Made by a program: the position numbers and the translations under genes. A DNA stretch of 64,000 nt. It comes from a candidate division WWE3 bacterium. GTDB lineage: Bacteria > Patescibacteriota > WWE3 > JAPLWK01. Below, in pieces: positions 9,719 to 19,400 of the stretch. Where the stretch lies: assembly GCA_026396615.1 (NCBI GenBank), contig JAPLWK010000008.1:75817-139816 (forward strand), written 5' to 3'. A model generated the notes under the pieces. It was not told the origin of the DNA and searched no databases. It saw only the letters and a list, made by a program, of their open reading frames with translations. Position 1 is the first letter of the stretch. Every line of letters starts with the position of its first letter.

Positions 9719-10273
9719 ATGTTTGTATGGTTGGGTTCGGCTTTTATTACAGCTTACCTACCAAGCAATACACAAAAGGCGCAAATAAAAAGCCTAGGTT
9801 TAGTATTGGTCGTTATGGCGGGTGCGGCCTTTGCCAATATAATTAGTAGTAAGTTAACTAAAATAAACTGGAAAATATTAAGCCCAATCTTACTAATTTT
9901 TCTAGGAGGCTATTTTATTAATACAACTTTCCCAATTTATAGAATACTTAACCAAAAGACCCCAGATAAAATCAGTTACATCTCAAAAAATAGATTAATG
10001 GCTTTAGATTGGTTAGACAAACACGAAAATAACAAAAGTAGAACGGTATTATCAACCGAAAAAGAAATGGGCAGCTATGTACCCCTAATAACAAATTTAA
10101 CTACATTAAATAGTTATGCATTATTTGAAAGTGCGGAAATTATAAAGGACAATTCTAAAGTTATACCCGATTATGTAATCGAAATTAGCGGCGGTAACAT
10201 TATAAAATCTACGGAATATGGGGCAGTTTACCAAAATCCGGAGGTAACTATTTATGAAAATACCAAAATTTAA
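9719..10273 (+). CDS. membrane protein with C-terminal extracytoplasmic domain (possible C-terminal part of the preceding GT-C-like gene)
   Basis: Two TM helices followed by a soluble domain. Its size and position suggest a frameshifted continuation of 8763..9683. Confidence 0.3.
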   Translation: MFVWLGSAFITAYLPSNTQKAQIKSLGLVLVVMAGAAFANIISSKLTKINWKILSPILLIFLGGYFINTTFPIYRILNQKTPDKISYISKNRLMALDWLDKHENNKSRTVLSTEKEMGSYVPLITNLTTLNSYALFESAEIIKDNSKVIPDYVIEISGGNIIKSTEYGAVYQNPEVTIYENTKI

Positions 10274-11813
10274 TAAACCAATCTTTACTGAGGCACTGTG
10301 GATTGGTTTAACAGCAGCCATTTTATTTTTCGTATTTCTTAATATAGCTCTTAAATACTTAGATCCCGATTTAGGTTGGCATTTAGTAATTGCCCAAAAT
10401 TTCTTAGAAACCGGCTTCTTCCCCAGTGTAGATGTGTACTCTTTTGCTATTAAAAACTTTCCTTGGGTAGTGTTTGAATTTCACCTCTCTAACCTAATGT
10501 ACTTAATTTATAAGCAAATTAGTTATTTAGGGTTAGCGGTAGTTTTTTCGGGAATAACAGCCGCCTTACTCACTTTACATATTTATTTAACTCGCCAAAT
10601 ATTTAAAATACGCCTACTAACTATCCTAATTTTCGGTGGCGTTTTAATAATCGGCACCTTTAGCACTTTTGGGATTCGCACCCCGGTATTTTCGATTTGG
10701 GCCAACATAATCCTTTTTTGGTTGCTGTGGGATCTACTAAAAGACAAACCTCGATTACTTACTAGATTATCGTTGATGGGACTATTTTTAATCTGGGCTA
10801 ATTGCCACCCCAGCTTTTTTGTAGGAGTGGCCACTTTAGTGATTGCGGTAATCTATAAAACTCTGCGCCGCAAAACAGTTAGTTTAGCCGACATTACCAC
10901 CGTCATCACTACCGGCTTAATAACACTGCTGAACCCTTACGGCATTCGACTATGGTGGGAAGCTCTGGGGCACTTTTTGCCCACTAGTAGCTTAATGCAT
11001 ACATATATTAGAGAGTGGCAATCGGTGTTTAAAATGTTTCCAGTGGATTTACTGGGGCTAATTACTCTCTTTTTCGTACTGCTGGTGTTTATAGAAAATT
11101 TTAAGAAACTGTGGAAAAACTACCCCGCTCATTTTATCGTCGCTGTAATCTTTTTAGTGGGTACTTTTATGGCCACTCGTAATATTGGCCTCTTAGCTAT
11201 TTGGGCCTTACCCTTAGTCTTAGCTACCCTAAACAATAGTGTAAAGGTGGCTCTTCCGCCAAAACATTATCATTTAATTAGGGTGCTCCAAGGCGCCCTA
11301 GCCATTTTAATAGTTAGTGAATTTGTCAGCTTATTAGCAATTAATTGGTGCACTAACTTTCTGCAAACTGGGGCCAGTGGCTACCCTTCAAGTAAAGCTT
11401 TAGACGAAGTTAAGCAATTAACTAATCAGGGTGAGTGGTTATACAATCCTTATGATTGGGGTGGCTATTTAGACTGGCACTTTAAAGGGACTCCTCAAGT
11501 TTTTATTGACGGACGAATGCCCGCCACCTGGTTTAATAAAGATAATTTCCCGTTTAAAGATTATGTGGCCATGTATAGCACTAAGGGTAAAGGGGAAATT
11601 TTCGCCAAGTATGATTTTACGGTGGCGATAGTTAAACCAACTATAGCGTCCAGTCTTGACCCTTTTAATCGATTTTTAATTGGGGGAGCGGCGGGCGAAG
11701 CTAAACTGAACGCCGAGGCGGAAAGATTATCCGTAAAAACTTGGCTGGAGGGGCAACCGAATTGGAAAAAAGTTTATAAAGATGACACAGCTGTAATATT
11801 TGTCAAAAAGTAA
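10254..11813 (+). CDS. polytopic membrane protein, GT-C-fold-like (ArnT/PMT/YfhO-like) with C-terminal soluble domain
   Basis: About 12 TM helices, then an approximately 150-aa hydrophilic C-terminal domain (YNPYDWGGYLDWHFKG...). Confidence 0.4.
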   Translation: MKIPKFNKPIFTEALWIGLTAAILFFVFLNIALKYLDPDLGWHLVIAQNFLETGFFPSVDVYSFAIKNFPWVVFEFHLSNLMYLIYKQISYLGLAVVFSGITAALLTLHIYLTRQIFKIRLLTILIFGGVLIIGTFSTFGIRTPVFSIWANIILFWLLWDLLKDKPRLLTRLSLMGLFLIWANCHPSFFVGVATLVIAVIYKTLRRKTVSLADITTVITTGLITLLNPYGIRLWWEALGHFLPTSSLMHTYIREWQSVFKMFPVDLLGLITLFFVLLVFIENFKKLWKNYPAHFIVAVIFLVGTFMATRNIGLLAIWALPLVLATLNNSVKVALPPKHYHLIRVLQGALAILIVSEFVSLLAINWCTNFLQTGASGYPSSKALDEVKQLTNQGEWLYNPYDWGGYLDWHFKGTPQVFIDGRMPATWFNKDNFPFKDYVAMYSTKGKGEIFAKYDFTVAIVKPTIASSLDPFNRFLIGGAAGEAKLNAEAERLSVKTWLEGQPNWKKVYKDDTAVIFVKK

Positions 11814-11905
11814 TCGATATTCGGATACATTCGGAATCAATTCGGATTAATGAACGCTCATTTCATTCGCTATCAATTTCACTAGGCTTTCAATTGTAGG
11901 ATGTC

Positions 11906-13633
11906 TCACTTCACTTCAAACCAAGTGCTGTAAATCCAATCTTTCTCCGGGCTACGAACGTTAAAGGCGTAGCGAAAGCGGATGCCAGTGATCTCACCAC
12001 TATCGATTGACCGGTTGGACCCTTCGGCTTTAACCCATTTGACTCGGGAACTGCTGCCTCCCATCGTCTCCACAGACACTGATTTAACGGCTTCGATTGG
12101 CGTCTTCCCCTCACTCTTCAGCATCGAGCGGACATCTTCCATTGACGTTTTGCTGCTGACCTTATCCAAATCCGACGGACTTAAAAGAGCGGTATTTAAA
12201 ACGTCACCCATATCAATTTGTCCAATCTGGGTCCCCTCAGAACTATCCTTTTTTGGCGGAAAACTTTGGGTTTTCCAGGAATTACTCATGAGGGCACTCC
12301 AATTATTGTAGGGCGACATGGTGTCGTTAAAGTCTGTTGACCGAAGATAGGGATAAGCATCGTTAATAGAGCCTGAATCTTTATACTGCCGCGTATCGCT
12401 ATTAAAAGCAAACGACGGTGTGTCGCCAATAGAATCGGTGTGCGGCCCGGAAGTCGAGAAGTAAAAAGCCCGAATTGGTTCGCCTGAATAAACCATAATT
12501 TTACCCCGAGTTTTATCGGCGGCGTCTTTTTTGGCCGTCCCGCCAATGTAAACTTGACAAGCTTGAGTGGTACAAATGGAACTGTTATTTATGGCATAAG
12601 TGCGAGCGGCAATGATTTGGACCCGATCCATGACGGCGGCAGCATCACTATTAATTGTCCGCCACACCGGATCGGTTTCGCCAATTCCGGCTAAATACTC
12701 GTCCTCAAAGTTCATGCTTCCATAACCCTCGACGTTAATCGAGTCTTTAGAGACGGTCTTAAAGTCGATATCGTGATAATAAAATTTAAGAATCCTTTCT
12801 TCGTCCCAACCTTGGGCGGCCAACATAAAAGCGCCCCATTGGCTCATGCCCACTCCATGCTCCGTCCCGTAACCACCAATGCGCCACGAGGGAGCACCGG
12901 AGGCATTTGGAGTATTTGGGCGGCCGGACCCAGATTCTTTAATATTCTGAACGGCCGACTGCTGCCAACTCATTTGACTGCTAATCTCGGCACTTAAGTC
13001 CGACAGTTTCTGACCAAGAATGGCTTCCTGAGCGGCATATTGTGACAAACGAGCCGAGGCTTCATTCGCCTGATTTTTAAGTTTGCTTTGCAAATTAGCT
13101 AAGGCTTGTTGTTGAGCCAGCAATTGATTTTTAATGGACAGGGCTTCCGCTTTGTTGGCCTCAAAATTAGTGATCTCGTCGTTAAGATTGGTAACAGTGG
13201 CGCGAACGTTGTTTAAAGTGACTTTAAAATAGATTAGACGCTCCGGCCATTCCTGCCAGGAATTAGAAGAAAATAAGAGGACCAAAGGAATGACTTCGCC
13301 CCGTTTGTAATAATCCAAAACCGCCGCGTCTCGCAAAGTTTCCTGTATTGCAATTTTGCCTTTGCGATCAGCCAAACTGGCTTCAATTTGAGTTAAAGTT
13401 GACAGCGTGGCCGTAATTTTAGCTTGCACTGCCGCAATTTGAGAGTCGGTTAAGCCCAGTTTGGTAGACAAATCTTTTAGTTCCACCGCCAAGTTGTCTT
13501 TATCGGATTTGAGTTTAGACAGTTGAGTGGCGGTACTTTGATAATCATCCAAAATTGAAGCCGAGGCAACATTTCCGTTGACAGAAAGCGCCAGAGACAC
13601 TAGGATGATGGGAATGAAGAGAAACCACCGCAT
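11906..13633 (-). CDS. SpoIID/LytB-domain protein with signal peptide and long coiled-coil region
   Basis: GYGTEHGVGMSQWGAFMLAAQGWDEERILKFYY is the SpoIID/LytB signature. The N-terminus has EnvC-like coiled coils. The likely true start is MRWFLFIPIILVSLALS (about 13633); the longer ORF extension to 13804 was rejected. Confidence 0.55.
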   Translation of the reverse strand: MRWFLFIPIILVSLALSVNGNVASASILDDYQSTATQLSKLKSDKDNLAVELKDLSTKLGLTDSQIAAVQAKITATLSTLTQIEASLADRKGKIAIQETLRDAAVLDYYKRGEVIPLVLLFSSNSWQEWPERLIYFKVTLNNVRATVTNLNDEITNFEANKAEALSIKNQLLAQQQALANLQSKLKNQANEASARLSQYAAQEAILGQKLSDLSAEISSQMSWQQSAVQNIKESGSGRPNTPNASGAPSWRIGGYGTEHGVGMSQWGAFMLAAQGWDEERILKFYYHDIDFKTVSKDSINVEGYGSMNFEDEYLAGIGETDPVWRTINSDAAAVMDRVQIIAARTYAINNSSICTTQACQVYIGGTAKKDAADKTRGKIMVYSGEPIRAFYFSTSGPHTDSIGDTPSFAFNSDTRQYKDSGSINDAYPYLRSTDFNDTMSPYNNWSALMSNSWKTQSFPPKKDSSEGTQIGQIDMGDVLNTALLSPSDLDKVSSKTSMEDVRSMLKSEGKTPIEAVKSVSVETMGGSSSRVKWVKAEGSNRSIDSGEITGIRFRYAFNVRSPEKDWIYSTWFEVK

Positions 13634-13967
13634 TGGTTTGATTATACCAACTATTTTGGCTTCCCAATTTTTACTGGCTCCCAAAGTTTTGGCCGCGGAT
13701 ATTGCCACTAACGACATCGGTAGTTTTGTGGGCGGTATCGCAGTCGCGGCAGTGGGTATTGGCGGTGGTGTCGCTCTACTTTTAATAATTATTGGTGGCC
13801 TCATGTTTTCTTTAAGTCGTGGCGATCAGGATAAAGTTCAAAAGGCTAAAGATATGATCACCAGCGCTATTGCAGGGCTGCTCTTAATAATCTTCGCGAC
13901 TGTAATTCTTCGAGTCATCGGCGTTGATATCTTTGGTTTACCGGGAATGCCAGTCTTTAATTTCTAG
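13614..13967 (+). CDS. TrbC/VirB2-like pilin-family small membrane protein (paralog 1)
   Basis: Signal peptide MKRNHRIGLIIPTILASQFLLAPKVLAAD, then two hydrophobic helices separated by SRGDQDKVQKAKD. No class III prepilin motif, so this is not a type IV pilus pilin. Confidence 0.5.
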   Translation: MKRNHRIGLIIPTILASQFLLAPKVLAADIATNDIGSFVGGIAVAAVGIGGGVALLLIIIGGLMFSLSRGDQDKVQKAKDMITSAIAGLLLIIFATVILRVIGVDIFGLPGMPVFNF

Positions 13968-13969
13968 TT

Positions 13970-14920
13970 ATGAAATTTTTAAAAGTCTTTTTTTTGTGTT
14001 CGATTATCTCTGCAGCTCTAGTATTTTCAAGTCGACCTGTTTTGGCAGCTGCCGGAGACTGCGGAGCGGGCTCCTGTCCGGCTAATTATACCTGCCAAGC
14101 GACATCCAATCCGATATTTTGTTGCCCAGTTGCTACTCCGACTCTTACCGCTTGTGGCACCAGCTGCTGCGAAGTCGCTAATTGCTATCATCCGGCAATA
14201 GGTTTACCAACCTGCGTTAATACCAACACCAGTAACTTAAGCACCTGTGGAAGTAATCTCTGTGTCACACAAATTTGTTGTGATACAGGCACATTAGATA
14301 ACTGTGTGCCATTACCAGCTGCCGGTTGTAGTCAGCGTCAACGGGTAAACGATGGCTGCGATAGCGACGGCGTTACCTGTCACCTAAAGCCTACCGACGC
14401 TTCGGTCCCCGCGCGGTTCATCACCGCGGCCGGTTCTGAGTGTGGTAATCACTTATGTGACCCCGGTGAGGCGTGTGAGTTTTCGATTGTCGCCGGAGGC
14501 GTACCTTTTACCTGCGATGGCAATGGCGGCACATCACCACTACCTGCTGGACAAACTTGCAACGCCACCTGTACACAAATTATTTCCAACGGCCAAGGTG
14601 GAGCGATTAGCGGCAATCCCTCAACGTATCATCTTGACACCACTGCCATCGGGGTCACCCCTAAATTCACAACGCTTGGTGGCATTACTTCTTTTGTCGT
14701 TAAGACAATGGTCGGGTTGGCTGGCGTGGCTTTTATGATCATGTTTTTGATCGGCGCCTTTAAGTTTGTGACTTCCCAAGGCGATAAAGCGGCTGTAGAG
14801 AGTGCCAAAGGCACGATTACCAGTGCTTTTATTGGCGTGGCCTTAACGGCGGCCTTATTTGCTATAATGACGCTGCTACAGAACGTTTTTGGCGTTTCGT
14901 TACTAAACATCACGACCTAA
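13970..14920 (+). CDS. fusion protein: signal peptide, a Cys-rich extracellular domain of about 200 aa (about 40 Cys), and a C-terminal TrbC/VirB2-like pilin domain (paralog 2)
   Basis: The C-terminal 75 aa (VGLAGVAFMIMFLIGAFKFVTSQGDKAAVESAKGTITSAFIGVALTAALFAIMTLLQNVFG) are homologous to the neighbouring pilin paralogs. Confidence 0.5.
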   Translation: MKFLKVFFLCSIISAALVFSSRPVLAAAGDCGAGSCPANYTCQATSNPIFCCPVATPTLTACGTSCCEVANCYHPAIGLPTCVNTNTSNLSTCGSNLCVTQICCDTGTLDNCVPLPAAGCSQRQRVNDGCDSDGVTCHLKPTDASVPARFITAAGSECGNHLCDPGEACEFSIVAGGVPFTCDGNGGTSPLPAGQTCNATCTQIISNGQGGAISGNPSTYHLDTTAIGVTPKFTTLGGITSFVVKTMVGLAGVAFMIMFLIGAFKFVTSQGDKAAVESAKGTITSAFIGVALTAALFAIMTLLQNVFGVSLLNITT

Positions 14921-14923
14921 GTT

Positions 14924-15238
14924 ATGAACTTAATTACTAAAGCCTACGCTGTTGTGATTGATCCTGGAATGATTGGGGTTAAAAATATTACCCCGGAATC
15001 GGGAATTATGATGGTCGTTAAAGCTCTAATTGGCGCTTGCGGCTTTGGCGCTTTTATTTTTTTAATAATCGGTGGCGTCAAATTTGTGGTCTCAGCGGGA
15101 GACAAAGGGGCCGTGGAAAGTGCTAAAAAGACAATTACCTTCGCCGTCATCGGCCTGGTCCTGGCCGCGGCCGCTTTTGCAATTGCCTCCTTGTTACAAA
15201 ACGTATTAGGGATTAATATTCTAAATGTAACTATCTAA
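14924..15238 (+). CDS. TrbC/VirB2-like pilin-family protein (paralog 3)
   Basis: ALIGACGFGAFIFLIIGGVKFVVSAGDKGAVESAKKTITFAVIGLVLAAAAFAIASLLQNVLGI. Confidence 0.5.
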   Translation: MNLITKAYAVVIDPGMIGVKNITPESGIMMVVKALIGACGFGAFIFLIIGGVKFVVSAGDKGAVESAKKTITFAVIGLVLAAAAFAIASLLQNVLGINILNVTI

Positions 15239-15262
15239 AAACAGGAGGTGACTTAATTTATT

Positions 15263-15620
15263 ATGTTTTTAATCAAAGATCTATTAGTAAAAGCTGCGTA
15301 TGCGGCACCAATTGATATTTTTAAAACTGCAGACGCTACCAGCGTTGACTTAAAAATTCAGAATGTTCAGACAGTAGTTTCTACCGGTATTAAAGCCCTA
15401 ATCGGAGCCGCCGGTTTACTGTTCTTTGTGATGTTAGTCTGGGGTGGTATTCAATTCGTCACTTCTGGCGGCGATAAAGCTCAAGCTACCGCCGCTAAAG
15501 ACCGAATTACTCACGCTTTATTGGCATCGTAATTGTGGCAGCCGCTTTCGCTATTGCCACGTTGCTCCAAAACGTCTTAGGAATTGGAATTACCGATTAC
15601 AACATTAGTAATGCTTACTA
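15263..15620 (+). pseudogene. TrbC/VirB2-like pilin paralog 4, disrupted by a 1-nt deletion frameshift near 15518. It is a near-identical tandem duplicate of paralog 5
   Basis: nt 15401-15588 are identical to 15775-15963 except that a single C is missing. The ORF stops at 15532, but the out-of-frame downstream sequence encodes the conserved C-terminal helix (IVIVAAAFAIATLLQNVLGIG). A good RBS (AGGAGGTGA) is present. Confidence 0.5.
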
Positions 15621-15642
15621 AGGGAGGTGAATTGTTATAATT

Positions 15643-15996
15643 ATGAATTTTTTAAATATAATCTCTGGTAAAGCTTTCGCTGAAAGTGTATTTGTAACCG
15701 GAAATAAAGCCACCGCTGTAGGCTTAAATATCTCCGACACCGGACTTCTGGTGTCCACAGCTATCAAAGCCTTAATCGGAGCCGCCGGTTTACTGTTCTT
15801 TGTGATGTTAGTCTGGGGTGGTATTCAATTCGTCACTTCTGGCGGCGATAAAGCTCAAGCTACCGCCGCTAAAGACCGAATTACTCACGCTCTTATTGGC
15901 ATCGTAATTGTGGCAGCCGCTTTCGCTATTGCCACGTTGCTCCAAAACGTCTTAGGAATTGGAGTTACCAACTTCACGATCCAACAGGCTTACTAA
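15643..15996 (+). CDS. TrbC/VirB2-like pilin-family protein (paralog 5)
   Basis: ALIGAAGLLFFVMLVWGGIQFVTSGGDKAQATAAKDRITHALIGIVIVAAAFAIATLLQNVLGIG. RBS GGGAGGTGA. Confidence 0.55.
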   Translation: MNFLNIISGKAFAESVFVTGNKATAVGLNISDTGLLVSTAIKALIGAAGLLFFVMLVWGGIQFVTSGGDKAQATAAKDRITHALIGIVIVAAAFAIATLLQNVLGIGVTNFTIQQAY

Positions 15997-16059
15997 TCAA
16001 ACGTTTCGCCCGGTAGCTAGGCAATCTAGCTACCGAAGCATCGTTAGATTTTTTAGTAT

Positions 16060-16368
16060 ATGGCTATATGCACAATTGGTGATCCACCCACTATAGATCA
16101 ACTGGGCCCCTGCTTTGTAAGCATTATTAAGCTAGTGGTAGGTTTTGCTGGGGTGGCTACCGTAATTGTGTTTTTAATTGGCACCGTTCAGTACATCACT
16201 TCCCGCGGTGACAAAGAAGGCGTTACCGCGGCTAAGGGTACCCTCACCTACGCCATTATTGGCCTGGTGGTGGTCGCCGTCGCCTTTGGGCTAGTCAGTC
16301 TTATTGACCGAACTATTCTTGGTGGAACCAACACTCTTCTCAACTTCGACGTTCCCAGTATTCACTAA
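16060..16368 (+). CDS. TrbC/VirB2-like pilin-family protein (paralog 6, most divergent)
   Basis: LVVGFAGVATVIVFLIGTVQYITSRGDKEGVTAAKGTLTYAIIGLVVVAVAFGLVSLI has the same architecture as the other paralogs. Confidence 0.45.
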   Translation: MAICTIGDPPTIDQLGPCFVSIIKLVVGFAGVATVIVFLIGTVQYITSRGDKEGVTAAKGTLTYAIIGLVVVAVAFGLVSLIDRTILGGTNTLLNFDVPSIH

Positions 16369-16377
16369 ACTCCATTT

Positions 16378-16409
16378 GTCATTCCGGGCTTGACCCGGAA
16401 TCCAGTAAC
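16378..16409 (+). repeat. hairpin repeat type A (GTCATTCCGGGCTTGACCCGGAATCCAGTAAC), solo copy
   Basis: Exact consensus copy 10 nt after the stop codon of pilin paralog 6. Confidence 0.8.
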
Positions 16410-16444
16410 TTCAGATTGATAATTAATTAGTTTATACTTACCTC

Positions 16445-19400
16445 ATGCCCAAGCGAGTGTCGATAATATTGGAATTTTCATTATTATTAATTGCAATTAT
16501 TATTCTAAAACCAACCCCCGCCTTTGCCGCTGCTCCGGATCCCGTGGCCTGCTTCACCAACGAAGATCCCACCTTTGGGGGCGTTACTCGAGGCAATTCT
16601 ACCAGCTTTAATGTTCTATTGAACATGAAAATCACCGATTTCTACTGCGCCGCTCCTAACTGGCCCGTCGCTTCCGTTCTTGAAGGCAACGATGCCACGC
16701 ATATGGATGTTGGCACTAACTGCCCGGCGGCCAATGATCCGGCAGTCCTGGCTAAAATCGTGGCCCAACTAAAAAGCCAAATCGAGAATGTTTCCTTAAT
16801 CCCAGGTGCCATGACCAATCCCAGCGTTCTTAGTCAAGCCAATTTTCAGGGCGATACTACTTGGACGTTACTGCGACCGCCTAGTGATATTACTCCCAAC
16901 AAAGTCAACAATATTACCGGCCAAACCGCTCTTAATACAGTGGGCACTTCCAAGATTTACTACGCCGCCTGCACCAACGTGCCCGAGGTGGGACCGGTCT
17001 GGTTTTCAATGGCTAAAGACGTCCCAGCTCCTCAGGGCAAAGTCCTACCCTCGTATCGTAAAGAAGCCGCCGCCTCTTTTTACCTGCAAAATTATTTGAC
17101 CCAAGTGCCGGGTGACGATCCAATCATTAAAGAGCTTAAAAAGGAAACGCCGGTTTTTAATGACAATACTACCTCCGACCTTCTTCCCTTTCCAAAACTT
17201 AGCTTTCAGTTAGCCTCTCGAAAAATTGCCGAAAGCGATTATTTAATTTACTGGAAACTATGCGCCAAAAAGGGACCTGTGGACACAGTCAAAAAAAATA
17301 TTTCATGCCAACTTAGTAATTTTATTACTGACATCGAGCACACCGATGTTAGCGGTGCGAAAAGTCTGGTCGCCGAAATTCCTAACGATGCTTGGGGCAA
17401 GAACACCGGCGATGACTTCACTTGCTTTACCACCGGCGATTTCGACACCCATCCTCTTAAAGTGACAGCAACCCCAGGCAGCAGCTACCCGCTTTCCGTC
17501 AAACTCATTGGCACGCCGATTGACGAAAACGTTTGTCAGAATAATGCGCAGCTCGATAGTGCCGTTTATCTCGACCCCAATAATCAATTGGCATACAGCG
17601 GTTATTCGACTACCCCTCACGTGGCCTTCTGTAATGGCGTCAACTCAACAGTCGTCAACAATACCAGTCAGAGCGTGTGTATTGGTGGAGACTGTCATGT
17701 GACGGCGATTGCCAAATTTTTTAACGACGCTTCCGCTAAAATCAGTGCTGTTTTTGACAATTGGATTCATCAACTCACTCCTACTACTACTTGGGGTGAC
17801 GTAAATCCTGATTCCGCAGCGTCCTGTCAAAAGACAGCGGAAGATATTTGTAATGGCCCCAAAGGTCAAGGCGCTTCTGATAATCTAATCATCACCCAGT
17901 CCACGGACTTCAATTGGATTCAGGTGGATCCGGCCGCCAAACCGGTCGACAAAATAATTAAGGTTTTCGTTACCAACAATAGTAAAAGGGATGCCACCCT
18001 TAATGTTTACAGCCAAGTTCTGGTCACTAGCGAAAGATCGCTCCCGGTAACAATTACCACCTCCAATGCCGCGGGAAGCCAAAATAGTCCTCAAATTGCC
18101 GTTTACGGAAACACTATTTACTGGAATGGCCTGATCGTCCCCGCAAATGGCGTCACTACTGAACTTGATTATCACGTTAGCGTGACTGCAATAAACTCCG
18201 GAACTATTTCAGCTACTTCTGGTGTCAGTGGTGATATTTATAAAACTGTCACTTTTTATAGTGACACTAACTTTGCTTGTCAGAAAGTCGCTGGAGTTGG
18301 TACAAATTCCTGTGATCCTAAAAATAATGACGCCGACTGTAGCGCTAAGCACCTAGCATGTAATAACGGCACCGGTATCTGTGAGTTAGTAAACGGCGCC
18401 GGTACTAATACTTGTTTAACTAATTCCCAATGTAAAGACGACAAGCGACATCTTGACTGTGTAGGTAACGCCTGTGTGGCTGTGCAGGGGACTGGGGTAG
18501 ATAATTGTAATCGTTTGGCGAGTTGTAATACTACTACCCATACCGGTTGTAGCCTCGATTCGGCAAACCCAACTTGCGCGAGTTTTACTTATGTTGGTCC
18601 TAATAAACCAACCAATAATTGCAGTATCAGTGGTAATAGCGGATGCGACGGTGCTAACTCCTCAAGTTTTCATATGGAGTGCAGCAGCGTCGGTAAACCC
18701 GAGCCTAGAGATGTTTCGCAGCCCGAATCGACTTCCACGCAGTCCGGCTTAATTACCGTTTCCAGTACCAACGCTTCTGACGATGAAAACTTATGTGTGA
18801 AGATTGCGAAAATCGTCTGCTATATAACCACTATGCCGTCCCTAATGAGCGGTTACTCCTACACCCAACCTCTAGAGGTTAAAGTTTATCCGTACCCGGA
18901 GGCTTCATATACTCAAGGCATAGACACGCAAGCCGCCAGCCCTAAGGATGGTCTTTTTAATCTCTTCTACGCGCCTGGACAAGATAACAAAATCGCCGCT
19001 TTAAGCGAAAAGGATGTTGACGCCAAAGCCGGATTAAATACTAATATAAACGGTAACAGCCCCGCCACCGACGCTTCGATTAAAGGCAGCCAACAGACCC
19101 TGTCGCCTTTGAAGTATCTGCAGAAAAATGCCCTCTGCCCTCCCGGTCAAGAGGCAACCTGCCCCGATATGCCCCAAACTGTCAACGAGGCGATGCCAAC
19201 TGACGGGAGCATTCCACCTCCCGATACTCCACCGCTACCAGGACCAGTTGTTCCCGGCGCCAACGTTGGCTTCAGCGTTCCAGCTTGCACCGGAGGCAAT
19301 GACGTGGCCATTTCCCAGCGTTCGACCTACACCCAAAATATATTAGCCCAAGCCGCAGCAGCCGAGGGCGTTCCAGTGAGTTTATTAACAGCTATTTTGA

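Noticed and set aside
13634-13804. Long N-terminal extension of the SpoIID-like ORF (MRPPIIIKSRATPPPIPTAATAIPP...)
   Set aside because: Low-complexity Pro/Ala/Thr translation that overlaps the divergent pilin gene. A clean signal peptide begins at the internal Met (about 13633).
17248-18175. Cluster of antisense or alternative-frame ORFs of 60-105 aa
   Set aside because: All lie inside the 1135-aa gene. They are a compositional artefact of a long Ser/Thr/Gly-rich coding region.
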